DNA of 63,973 nt, filler included, from Folioceros fuciformis (Eukaryota), in NCBI GenBank assembly GCA_049999805.1. It is 8 parts of 8 records of this genome, joined end to end, with 100 filler letters (N's around TTAATTAATTAA, not from the genome) between each part and the next. Parts side by side here need not be neighbours in the genome. Positions count along the whole stretch, not along the records: positions 49,533 to 54,577 come from JBNGIO010002946.1; positions 54,678 to 61,159 come from JBNGIO010002954.1; 6 more parts are not named here. The stretch is one strand, 5' to 3'. Under the pieces are notes generated by a model. The model saw only the letters and a program-made list of their open reading frames with translations. It was not told where the DNA came from and ran no database searches. The position numbers and the translations under genes are program-made. This document shows, in pieces, positions 49,433 to 61,259 of this stretch; the stretch's first letter is position 1, and the number at the start of each line of letters is the position of its first letter.

Positions 49433-51187
49433 NNNNNNNNNNNNNNNNNNNNNNNNNNNNNNNNNNNNNNNNNNNNTTAATTAATTAANNNNNNNNNNNN
49501 NNNNNNNNNNNNNNNNNNNNNNNNNNNNNNNNTCTAGCTCTAGCTAGGGCATGGCCTCCACAACCGTTCATGCCAGCCAAGCAATCAGCCAGCCTATCGT
49601 CAGACCCTGACCCCTGACACTGACATACCCAGATACCCGTTCCTATGTTCAAACCATTATTATATTATTATATTATTTTAATATTATTATATTATTTAAC
49701 CATTTAATATTATATGTCTTTAATTAATATTAAACTAATCACCCAACCCTATGGCCTGGTACCGAACCTAAACCTTCCCAGCTTTGGGACCAAACCTAAA
49801 CCCACTCTTATAACCAAACCCACTATTTCTTGGTCAATTAACCCAATTAGCACAAAGAAAAATAGGAAAAATGACCAGAAAATCAAGGAAAATTAGGGAA
49901 AATAAGTTGAAAAAGAAAACCAAACCATACCACTATTAACCCTTTTTCAACCAAAACAAACTACTACCCCAAACTTTGAAGGTTCACAGTTTTCCTAGTC
50001 TTGGGTGGTCAACTTATGAGTCAACCATATCTAAACGTATGGTAGGTCTAAGATGTCAACATTGATTGACCAAATTTCACTTGTCTATACTATTATTCGA
50101 GTCAAGAGGAGTGGAACTGCTAGTAAGGTAACTTGTAGATTTGAACTACGGCCGTCGTAGGTGTGTAACTGTAGACAATCGTAAGTATCGGAACTCCCCT
50201 CGAAAGAATCAAACAACAGGGACTTAGCAGTTTTTTTTTGTCTTGATCAATAGAGTGACTGAGTACAACCCGGGCGGTTCCTTTTATATCCAAGAGTATA
50301 CTTGGCCCATGGCAATTCACTTTCAGCATGGCTTTGGTCAACCAATAACAGGTCCTCAAGTCTTGACAACTGCAAAAGGCCAGGCTTGAAGTTCCTTGGA
50401 TAATGGCGGGATTGTTTTTGTCGCAATAACTTGTCCTCGGCTCGTGACCTACGAGGATGGACTAAGCAAGACGTTCCTTGGCTGTTGGTGGGTTGGAATA
50501 ACCAAGAGCCTATATAAGGAGGAGGAGGAGGTATTCCACCACGATGGTGTGTCCATGTGGGGTGGTGGCTCGCACCCCTATGATGGCTAAGTAAAGAGTG
50601 TGTCGACTCGGCCAAAGAGGAGCCAACAACCCCAGTGGCGGATTCGACGTGGCCGAGAAGTGAAGGAAACCACCAGTCGCGGAGCGCAACTAGAATAGAC
50701 CGTTAGCAGGACACCACTGCCAGGAGCAACCTTCGCGTTGGTGGAGCAGCCAGAAGGAAGGGAGCGGAGCTTGGGCCGGGCGGAAACAGGGAGCGGAGCT
50801 TTGTCCAGGCGGAAACAATGAGCGTTGTGGCTATAGGATTAGTGTGAAGTGCTGGAAAAAGAAACCCTGGACGGAAGGAAAAGCGGGAGGCGTAAGGGAC
50901 GGCGCAAGGGGCGAAGTGAGCCGCAACGGGAAGGGAGATGGGCATCCAGGGGGAATCAGGTCCGGAGCAGGCATATGATGGCAGCTCAGTCGGAGACAAT
51001 GATTTCCACCACCCAGTGGCCCAACATGGATCACTGGAAGATAAAAGCGAACGGTCTGATGTAGAAGCTGGGCCTTGGGTTTATGGAGAAGAAGTGGTGT
51101 CATGACAGTTCTGTTTTGGTGCAAGAGTGTGCCCATTTTCTGAGGAATATGGGACCCAAAGAAACTTTGAGGCAGAGGCCCCATAGT

Positions 51188-51589
51188 TGTTGAGATGTCA
51201 CCCCCGCCATGCTCAAAGGAGGTTAAAATAAGTTAGTTGAAGCAAGATGCAGAATCCCAAAAATAAGAGCACTATAACAAGGCTCTTAAACTCAAATAAA
51301 AAAGGAGAATTACAAAGACAACACACATACAAGTGAAGAGGGAGTTAGACTACAAATACTAAGTGGGTTCATCCCTTCTTTTATGGACCTATGGGTGGCA
51401 CTCTCATTTCGTGCCCAATATGGGATAAATGACCCCCAAACCCTACAATACTTTTTTGCCTAACATAGCAAAGTCTAATAAGCTATATATATATATTAAT
51501 CATAACCTTAATCACTCTTACCACTAATTAGTATAAACTCAATAATCTAGATTAGCACTAATTAATCTCAACATTAATCATGCTTAACA
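51188..51589. mobile_element. Solo LTR with 5-bp TSD ATAGT
   Basis: TGTTGAGATG...CTTAACA flanked by ATAGT (51183-51187, 51590-51594); near-identical to 16106-16504. Confidence 0.95.
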
Positions 51590-51839
51590 ATAGTTGGAGC
51601 TTGAAGTTGTTTCATGAGGCTTATGGGCGAGAGAAGGAAGAGCGGGGAGGAACAGTAATCGATTTGTGGAGGAAAAAGCCTTAAAAAACTGTAGTGGCTG
51701 CGCTCATGAGGCCTGGAGAAGCGAGAACTAACAATGGTTGGGTGGTGTGACAGCTGAATTCAGGGAAGCTGGTGGGTCTGGCCAAATGGATCTTATGCTT
51801 CCTACAGAGCAAGAAGTTAGACCATGTGGAGGAAAATGT

Positions 51840-52620
51840 TGTGTCCGGGGACACTGTGAGGCCCACACAAACCCTCTATGTCGGTGTAGCCTTGGGATTC
51901 GATCCCGCGGGAATGATTTGTGCCAAGTAACACAGGTTTCTTCTAATACTGACTCTTGCCTAGGTCAAACCTTATCTACTACCGTCTACGCCCTACCACT
52001 ACCCGTTAGTTAGCCTAACTACCACGGGTCCTACTCTACGACTTTGGTCTCTACACAACGCCCATGGTTGTGGTCTCCGTGACCACTAGTAGCTTCCACA
52101 ATAGTGGTGGGTCCCACCCAAAACCCTAACTAATATTTTCCAACGCAGGCGCCGCTGTGGGTTTCCACGCGGGTTTCTGCCCTAGGGGCTTCGAGACTCA
52201 CAGAGCTAGGCTTATTGGATGCTCCTCACACATGCAAATGCTAATTCTTGGGAAACAAGACCCCGCAGATCAGCCACACTCCCTCACACACACATGCAAC
52301 ACTCCCAACACATGCAAAACACACCAGAACTCTGGTGTACACTTATTTCTTACAGGTCTGTCCCCAAACGTCTCCAATCGTCTAGCAATGTCCACCAATC
52401 TCTAGCAATTTCTCAGCAATCCTTCACAACTCCTTACAAGCTTCCACAATCTTCAACAGTTCTCCACAAATGTCCAGGAATTCCTCAGAAATTCTCCAGC
52501 AACCAAGTCCAAGCCTCAACAATCTTTCTTAACCTCCCAGCAATTTCTCAGCGATTTTCTTCAGTTCTCCAGCAATCTTGCAGCAAACTTCCAGGGTTCT
52601 CCTCAATCTCTCAGCTCACT
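51840..52620 (-). mobile_element. Inverted copy of the terminal segment seen at ~60300-61002
   Basis: TGTGTCCGGGGACACTGTGAGGCCCACACAAACCCTCTATGTC aligns with the reverse complement of the sequence ending at 61002. The GGTCCCACC.AAAACCCTAACTAATATTTT motif is shared. Confidence 0.75.
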
Positions 52621-52646
52621 CTTCCGCAGCCAATGGTTTGGGGAAA

Positions 52647-52882
52647 AAGGGAAGGAGAAACTCTCCCTCCACCCTGCGCAGTGGGCGGATTCATCCCCCT
52701 CTCCTCAGCTTACTGTCCATAGTCAACAGTTCAGGGAATAAGGGAAAGAGAAGTTCTCCTTCCACTCCGCACAGCTGGCGGATTCGTCCCCCTCTCCTAA
52801 GCTACGGACCACAGTCAACAGTTCAGGGAATAAGGGAAAGAGAAAGTCTCCTTCTACTCCGCAAAGCTGGCGGATTCGTCCC
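52647..52882. repeat. Diverged tandem repeat, ~92-bp period, about 2.5-3 copies
   Basis: AGGGAA.GAGAA...CTCC.TC.A...GC...G..GGCGGATTC.TCCC recurs three times. Confidence 0.8.
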
Positions 52883-54749
52883 TCACCACGACCGTCAGCA
52901 GGAAGAGGAAGGCAGGGGCTGGGCGGAAGACCCCCGCGAAGAGGAGGAAGGTCAGAGCGTGCGTCATCAAGGTAGTAGTGGATTCGGCGCTGTAGGAGTC
53001 TGCCCAAAAAACAGGTGACAGGCAACCGGGCACCCCCTCAACTAAACCCAAGGAATTAGAGCCAGCGAAGGGGGCGAAAACGGCTGAGGTGGCAGAGAAG
53101 TTAGGGCTTACCCCGGGGGAAGAACTCTTTCCGAGGTGGGAAGAGATCTTCAGGGCCACCCTCTTGGTGGAAAATTTGCAGGAGGAGGATTTGGCCAAGG
53201 TACGCACATTACTAGGAAGGGGGATCCTAGACAGAGGAATGACTAGTGGAGGCACGCCCCAATAAGTGGATTTACTAGGCTTGACAGCGGCCATGGTCCA
53301 GGCGCAGGCAGACATGCTGGACTAGGCTGCACAGGCGCTCAATTGGCTGAGCATGCAGTGGCAGAAGGAAGAGGAGGTGTAGGCCAAGTTGTATGAGGCG
53401 GAAGCAAGGCGGGAGCAACTTGAGGAATCTCGATAGGCCCTGAGTGCAGCAAAGGAACAGGCGCAGGAGAGAGAACGCTGAGTTCAGGAGGAAATGCAGG
53501 CCATGAAAGATCAATAGGAACTGCTCCTGACTCAAGTGAAGGAGGTCCACGAAGCCAATTAGGAAATGCAACAGGAGCTATTGAGGGCACGGGAGTAGGA
53601 GGCGGCTGCAGTGGAGAAGGTCCAGAAGCTCGCGGACTGGTATAAACAGGATCGGTATGAGGCCTGGAGCCGGATGAAAGGAAAAGGGAAAGCTAAACGG
53701 AGTAGCAGGTTCGCGACCAAGGTAGCCGAAGTCGCTACTGGTCAGAGGGAGACCACACCAGTAGAGGACAGCCCTACCAGGGTAGAGAAAACAGCAACAG
53801 TCGTGGAGCCCGCAATCGGAAGAGCTAGGATGGCGACCCGCACTAGGAGGACGGGGCTGGGAACAGCGGCAGCCAGAGGAGCAAAGGGTTCCCCAGTACC
53901 CTTGGAGAGCAAAAGACAGGCAGTTTGGGGTAGCCCACAGGAGAAGGGGTAAGCACCTCATCTACAACAGAAGGCCAGATTGTATTACAACATCTGGATG
54001 AGGAAACTTATGTTCCTGGCCTCTATGTGAATGGGGACCATGTACTTAACCTAATTGTCCACGTGCGTGTGGAAATAGGAGGGACAAGGGCTTATTGCCT
54101 ACAACTGAGGACTCGCGGGGGATGCTTCTCCCACTCCTTCCGGGTATGGGGATTGCCTCCTTGTTATTCGGAGGCAGTCTTGGAGCAAAGAACTCGTGAT
54201 GGTCCTCAACAACAAGTGGCCGGAAGGTGGAGGAAGGACCCCTCGACAGACCCCACCCACGACTCAACAGGAGAACTCAGGAGGCAGCGAGAGCGAGGTA
54301 GAGGTTTTATGCGAGGATTGCCTGACCAGCGAAGAGGAGGGAGGGCCCGAGGGTTTGGCGATCCAGGGAGGGGTACTTGAAGGCCGGATAGGAGGTGAGC
54401 GCGGCAATAGGATAGGCCAGAATTCATTGTATCTTAGAATAGCATTTAGTAAGATATGTTGAAGATGCTTTCTTGGACCTGATGCTGCTCGTAATTAAGA
54501 GCGCCTATTTGCCTGAGATTGAACTTAATGGCGGCTACGATCCCCGCCCGGCGTGTGTACAAAGAGGCATGTTGATGNNNNNNNNNNNNNNNNNNNNNNN
54601 NNNNNNNNNNNNNNNNNNNNNTTAATTAATTAANNNNNNNNNNNNNNNNNNNNNNNNNNNNNNNNNNNNNNNNNNNNCCCCCCATACACCATTGCCGTCC
54701 AATTTAGCCAAAGGTTGCAATCAAAAGTTGTTCCCTCCATCCATAGCAA

Positions 54750-55920
54750 CGAGGAACCCCATCGCTTCTTCGTGGGAACAAAAATCAATCTCAACGACAG
54801 GGAGATAAGTGTGGACACTAAAGGTCGCACCCTTTGGCAAATAGTTGCCCGGGGTTTTGCCACCACAGGTGGTCCTCTAGTCCTTCTTCTCATCCTATCT
54901 CCCCCCTTCCTCCTTCTTCTCCGTCTTCATTTCTACTCCCATCCTTACCCTACCTCTCCTCCATTGCTTCTACTTCCGCCGTGTTTCCTTTTCTTCTCCC
55001 ACCCCTTCCCTTTAGTCTCTGCCCTGAGTACCAGTCGTACAAAACCCTTGCTCTACACTCGGTCACAGGCAACCATGGAATCTATCCATGTGGAGGAGCG
55101 TCATGCCTGGAGGAAGCGGGAGATAGATGCCCAAGAGGCCTGCCGATAGCATACGGCGGATTGAGACCGCTACTGGAAGGAACACAACCAGGCAATCAAG
55201 GGGGAGCATGACTCCTCTTGGAAGGTGGATGAGGCAGTCTAGTAGTTGGAAGAGCTGCGGGGTAGACTCCACACGGTGCAGGCAGAGGAAAAGGCGGCAC
55301 AACATGAAGTTTGAACCTTGAAGGCCGAACTCGCATGAATATGCAAGGATATGAAGAGTTGTGGATAGATATAGGAGGCAGAGCGGAAGACGTTTGTGAG
55401 ACGTGCCAACAAACTACAGGCCAAGACGGAGGAGTTACATGCCCAACTTGTAGATTACGAGACACGAGAGGACTATATGGAGGTAACGCTCCTCCAAGCC
55501 CAAGTAGAGATTGTCTTCAACCTCCAGCTATAAGAATCGACCACAGTCACTTCGGTAGCCCTCGAGGAACTTTGGAGGTATGTCACATCGGCAGCAGCAC
55601 AACATTTTGACCTACCTGAAGCTAGATGGCGGTCAAAGTACCGAACCCTCCGTCGAATGGTGGTGGACGACATCCAGCAACTCGACAACAGTCACGCTTT
55701 CTTACATAGTGAAGTCCTTTGAGTCTTAAGTGAGACCGCGGAGACTATGGTAGCTGCAACTACTTCACCACCTCCCTCAAGTGACTGCACCGCACCAAGT
55801 AGTCTAGAACGACAAACCCGCGGACCTCCTTCCCTGGACCCTAGCCTCCAGCTCCTGGTCCATTCACACCAAGCTAGTTCCGCCGACTTGCCCATCCCAA
55901 TCGATGGGGCATAATCTCCT
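54750..55920 (+). mobile_element. LTR-like end (54867), pyrimidine-rich leader and degenerate ORF with a Cys cluster (possible gag remnant)
   Basis: Homology to 32572-32688 and, inverted, to 46670-46845. ATG at 55075 opens a stop-interrupted charged frame. Confidence 0.45.
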
Positions 55921-57319
55921 CCGGGCCCCACCCCTTCTACTCTGCCGCCTTCTCATTAAGGCATAGTGTCAGTTATTTGCTGGCTCTTGACAAAATCGCA
56001 CTATTTGGACCTTAGAGTAGATGCTAAGCCTTCTTTTATTTATGGTAGTTGTCCACACATGGAGTTTGGTTTTTGTATATAACCCCCCCTATGGTAATTG
56101 AGAGGGGCCTTAGACCTCACTTCTTGTCCATTTTCTACCATTTTCCCCTCCATTCTCTTCATCTTTGCGAGCTCCATGAATGGATCTCCACCCCCGATCT
56201 CTCTCTTGCCCCGCCACTTACCCAAAGTGCCTTGGTCTGCCATAACGAACATCAGGACGCCCTATGTCCCTCCTTCATGAGCGAAGAAGATCCACAATGC
56301 TCAGGGAGCGCACCTGGCCACCCTACTGACCCTTAGCTATAACGAACACCTTCCTTGACGTATCGCCGATGGTAAGACTTGGGGTACCATCAACACATCT
56401 TCCCTATTTCTGGTTGCGGACACTGCCTTTTCCCTCCCCACCTCACCACTCCCCTCCGCCTTTGCCCCTTCCTCCCAAACTCGGCGGGACGCTACCCTTT
56501 GTTTGGGTCCACATAGCTCTTCCACCTTCGTCTTCGTCACCCTCTGCCGTTGCGTTTGCGACCTCTCTTTTGCCTTCCTCTTGCCCCTGCCACTTGTGAA
56601 CGACATGATAACTAGGAAGTCTCTTCTAAAGTGTGTGTTGGAGTGATATTTTGTTTTTTTAACTAAGTTTGGTGTGAAATAGAGTTAGGTTGTGAGTAGG
56701 TTGAGGTATTCATACCCAAAAGTTCCTTGGCCTATGAGTTTTTAGTTTTGGGTTTGGTTTGACCAATAACTGGTCCTTGGACTAGGGGGGTTGATTGTTC
56801 CTTGGCCTTTGGTCTTTGAACAATTCGCAAAAGCCTATATAAGGGGGGAACCCCAGAGACAGTAGAGTCATTTTGTGTTGGGAGTTAGAGGTCAAACCGG
56901 AATAGAGTGTCCAAGCCTATGTGTGGGCTTAATTTGAGATGGGAGGTAGTTGAAGCTCGACGGCGGTCGCGGAATGGGGAAAGTGGTCGCAGAAGGAGCG
57001 ATCGGTAGTGGAACCCAGTAGCAATCGTGGAAACAGGAACAGCTTCTGGAAGATGGAAACCCTAAGGGTTAGTCCAAGTGTCCAGGAGGAATTTTCGAAG
57101 TGAAGTGCAACCACAACTGAAGACATGTCGGGGAGCGAACTGTGGGCAAATGAAAGCGCAAGCATCTAGGCTGAACGGGATGAATGCGATGACCAGGGAG
57201 GAGGCCATAGGCGCGGCAGTAGCGGGCATCTCCTGGCAAGCTTGAGGCAACGTGAGGCTGCGAGGAGCGGCCTTAGGCGGTGGTGGTGACGCGCAAGCAA
57301 ACCCTGGAGCGGCGACACA

Positions 57320-59690
57320 TGGCTAAAGCGGCAATTGACTCTTGCAAGAACGTCACATTCCGACCCATGGCGCAGGTCGAGATTGCCCTCTGGCCCAACA
57401 TGGACCAATGGAGGGTCCTGACAAGAGATCTGGTGGAGAAACTAGGTCTCGGGTTCATGGCAAAACGCTGCGAACCCAGGTTTGGTGCAGGAGTGTGCAC
57501 AATAGCTGCAGGCTAAGGCGCCAATAGGAGGAATTAGAGACAAGCTACAGGATTGGGACCTGGACCTGGTGAAGGCGCTGTATGGGTGCAACGAGGACAA
57601 GCTGGAGGGATCGTAATCGAGTCCCTACGGAAGCGGAGCACAGTGGCAGCAGCAACAACGCTGTTCAAGGCGGGCATAGGATGGGAGCCCAACCGGTGGC
57701 TGACACGCGAGATGGCGTCTACTCAATTCATGGGCCTAGCCAAATGGCTCCTCTACTTCCTACAGCACAAGAAGCAAGATTATTTGTCTGACCATATGCT
57801 GTTGTTCTTGCATGAGGTGGTCAAGAGGAGCAAGATCGACTGGGAGAAGATCATCTTCGACAAGCTGAGTGAGGAGAGGCAGAATCTGACCTCCCCCACT
57901 CCTCGGCCATCCTTAATTTCTCCCTTCCTTATTCATTTGTACTTACATGTTAACTGCTCACCAGGGTTGGACATTGTGGCTTCCTTGCACATGTGGCGGC
58001 TTGTTAGGGAGATCAAATGGAAGCCGGATGAGCCCAAGGAAGAGGCAGAGCCGGAGTCGAGTAGCTGGGAATCTGGAGCAACTGACAGCTCAGGGAGGAG
58101 GCCACCGTCAACAGGAAATGGAAGGTTCCTAAGAGGAAGCAAGAAGACTCCTACGAAGAGGAGAAGGGCAGATGCGTGCGTCAGTAGGTCCAAAGCAAAT
58201 CTCGCACTGCAGGAGACGGCCAAGAAGACAATGACCACGCAACAAGGCACCCCATCCACAAAATCAGCTGAAGAGGCACCGCCGGCTAAGGGGAAGCCCA
58301 CTGATGTGGCTGTAGGAATTTTGGAGAAATTAGGGTTGACCCCAGTAGTGGAACCCTTCTCTAGATGGGAAGAAGTCTTTAAGGGCACTCCCCTGGTGGC
58401 AAACTTGGAGGCGGAGGAGCTAGCTAGAGTGCGCACCTTGCTGGGGAAGGGAATACTAGACAGAGGAATGGCTACCGGCAGAACCCCTTCTCAGCAGGTG
58501 GATCTTCCAGGGTTGACAGCGGCCATGGTCCAGGCATAGGCAGACATCCTTGATCAAGCCGTGCTGGCGCTCACCTGGTTGAGTATGCAGGGATAGCGAG
58601 ATGAGGTGGCACAGGCCAAGCTAGCTGAAGAGGAAGCGAGACGGAAATAGCTAGAAGAAGCCCAACAAGCCCTTGGCAAAGTGAGAGCTCAAGTGCAAGA
58701 AGAATTGCGCAAGGCACAAGAAGAGGTGCAAACCATGAAGAATTAGTAGGAAATGCTCTTGACCCAAGGCAGAGAGGCGCATGAAGCAAATCAGGAAATG
58801 CAACATGAGTTGTTGCAGGCATAGGAGCAGGAAGCAACCGCTTTGGAGAAGGCCTAGAAGGTAGCGGACCATTACAAATGGGAACGGGATGGGGCCCTGA
58901 GCCGAGTCAAGGGGAAGGGCAAGGTCAAGCGGAGCAGCAAGTCCACGACCGAGGTAGCGGAAGTCGCTACCAGTAGGGGAGAGACGACTCCGGTAGTGGG
59001 GAGTCCTACTGCGGTTGGGGAAGCAACGATAGTCGTGGACCAACAACTGGGGTTGTTGAAACCCCTACCCATACCAAGAGGACTGGAATGGAGACAGCTG
59101 CAGACATAGCAACATGAGGCACTCCAGCATCCTTGGTGAGCAGAGAGCAGACAGTCAGGGGTAGCCCACGGGAGGAGGGGGTAAGCACCTCATCTGCAGC
59201 AGGGGGCCAGATTGTATTAAGGCACATGGATGAAGAGTCTTATATTCTTGGTCTCTATGTAAATGGAGATCATGTACTTAACCTTACTGTCCATGTGCAT
59301 GTGGGAATAGGAGGGACCAAGGACTACCGTCTACAAGTGAGGACCCGGAAAGGATGCTTCTCCCATTGTGTCCGGATATGGGGATTAACCCCTTGTTATG
59401 CGGAAGCAATCTTGAAGGAGCTCACGGAAGAGGAGGCACAGGCTTGGGTAGAGGAAGAACTTGTGCTGGTCCTTAGCAACAGGAGGCCAGTGGAGGAAGA
59501 GAGGACTCCAAGGCAGGCCCCACCCTTGCCCAACCAAGATAAGGCAGCCAACAACGGGAGCGAGGTGGAAATTTTATGGGAGGATTTGCTTGACGAGTAG
59601 CTTGGAAGAAGAGCCTAGGGATTTGGTGGCAAAGGAAGGAGGGCCAGAAGGATGGATAGGAGGAGGGCGCGGCGCTAAGGTAGGCTAGGA
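57320..59690 (+). pseudogene. Retroelement accessory ORF copy C (best preserved), within a unit spanning ~56620-61002
   Basis: 328-aa ORF with QFMGLAKWLLYFLQHKK...IDWEKIIFDKL...SLISPFLIHLY. It continues through TAG stops as a long coiled coil, then YVNGDHVLNL...GCFSH...WGL. TATATAA at 56836-56842. Confidence 0.7.
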
Positions 59691-61259
59691 GTTATTGCAT
59701 CTTAAAAATAGAATTTAGATAAGATTTGACTAGATATCTTGGACCTGATGCCCTCCCGAAATTAAGGGCACTTTTCAAGTTGACTGTTTTTAGACCCAGA
59801 CGTTATGGCGAGCTGTGACACCCGCTCTACAACTTTGTATAAAGAGGCATGTTGATGCCTCTCTAATTAGACAACTTCCCCGTTGAGATCCCCACGCTGC
59901 CAATGGCTGAATTGGAGATATCTAGTTTGGGTGGGTAGTGTGTGCGAGAAGCTCCTAGGGGTGGTCGAGAGCTTTGCTCCGCGGCTAGTGCTGAGGGGAA
60001 TGATTAAGCAAGTTTTGTTGACAATGGAAGAGGAGCTAAAGGATTGGAGCGGGGCAGGTCTGGAGCTTGCTTGTAACATCTGCTGTGACGTCTAGAAGCT
60101 TCCCCTTCCCTTATTCCATGAACTGCTGGCTGTGTTCCGAAATTTTGAGTGTGAAAGTGTGTGTGAAGATGAAGATTGAAGGGGTGAGTGAAAAGAACGT
60201 GTGAGTGAGCTAAGAAGAGAAGGAGAGGAGAGCGGCCAAGCACTAAATGTGATGCGAGGTGTGAGGCAAGAGAGGAGAATTGTGGCTGATCACTAAACGC
60301 GATGCGAGGTGAGAGGCAAGAGATTGAGATTAAGGAGAAGAACTAACTGCAACTAATCGAAGAGGATTGTTGAGAGATTGAGGGAGATTAGGGGAGATTG
60401 TGGAGGATGGCTGAGGGATTGCTAGAGATTTGTGGACATTGTTGGAAGATTAGAGACATTTGGAATCAGGCCTATGAGAAACGAGTGTGAATCAAAGCTC
60501 TAGTGTGTTTTGCATGTGTGGAGAGTCTTGCATGTGTGTGTGAAGGAGTGTGGCTGATTTGCGAGGTCTTGTTTCCCAAGGATTGGCATTTGCATGTGTG
60601 GAGAGCATTCAATAAGGCCAGATTTGTGAGTCTAGAAACCCCTGGGGTAGAAACCCAAGGTGGAGACCTGCGGCGGCGTGTGCGCCGGAAAAATATTAGT
60701 TAGGGTTTTAGGTGGGACCCACCATGATCGTGGAAACAACTACCGGTCGCGGAAACAGCGACCGTGGTCGCGGAGTGGGAACCGAAGGCGTAGAGTAGGG
60801 TCCGCTATAGCTGGGCTAATTGGGGGTAGTAGTACTTGAGTTGGTAGGTAGCAAGGGCTGTAGTACATGTGTTTTGACTTAGGTAAGGGTTAGTAGTGAT
60901 AGAAGTTAGCGTTCCTTGGCACAAATCATTTCCTTAGGTGCGAATCATACGACTATAATGACATAGAGGGTGAATGTGGACCTTACGGTGTCTCTAAACA
61001 CAAGATTTCACTCCATACCACTCCATCGAAGTCCCAATAGGCTACTCCGTGTGGTCCAATGTCGATTCCGCTTCACCTCCGTTCTCATCCATGATGGGCC
61101 CGCTGACCTAGGACTGTTGAGGAACCAGATGCCAATGCGCACGAGAGTGCTCAGAATAANNNNNNNNNNNNNNNNNNNNNNNNNNNNNNNNNNNNNNNNN
61201 NNNTTAATTAATTAANNNNNNNNNNNNNNNNNNNNNNNNNNNNNNNNNNNNNNNNNNNN

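Larger units (their letters stand above)
50975..54410 (+). pseudogene. Retroelement accessory ORF copy B, interrupted by a solo LTR and an inverted terminal fragment
   Basis: WPNMDHWK, LVQECAHFL, LVGLAKWILCFLQSKKLDH, EKLGLTP...RWEEIF, coiled coil, and C-terminal YVNGDHVLNL...GCFSH...WGL. TATATAA at 50511-50517. Confidence 0.68.
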
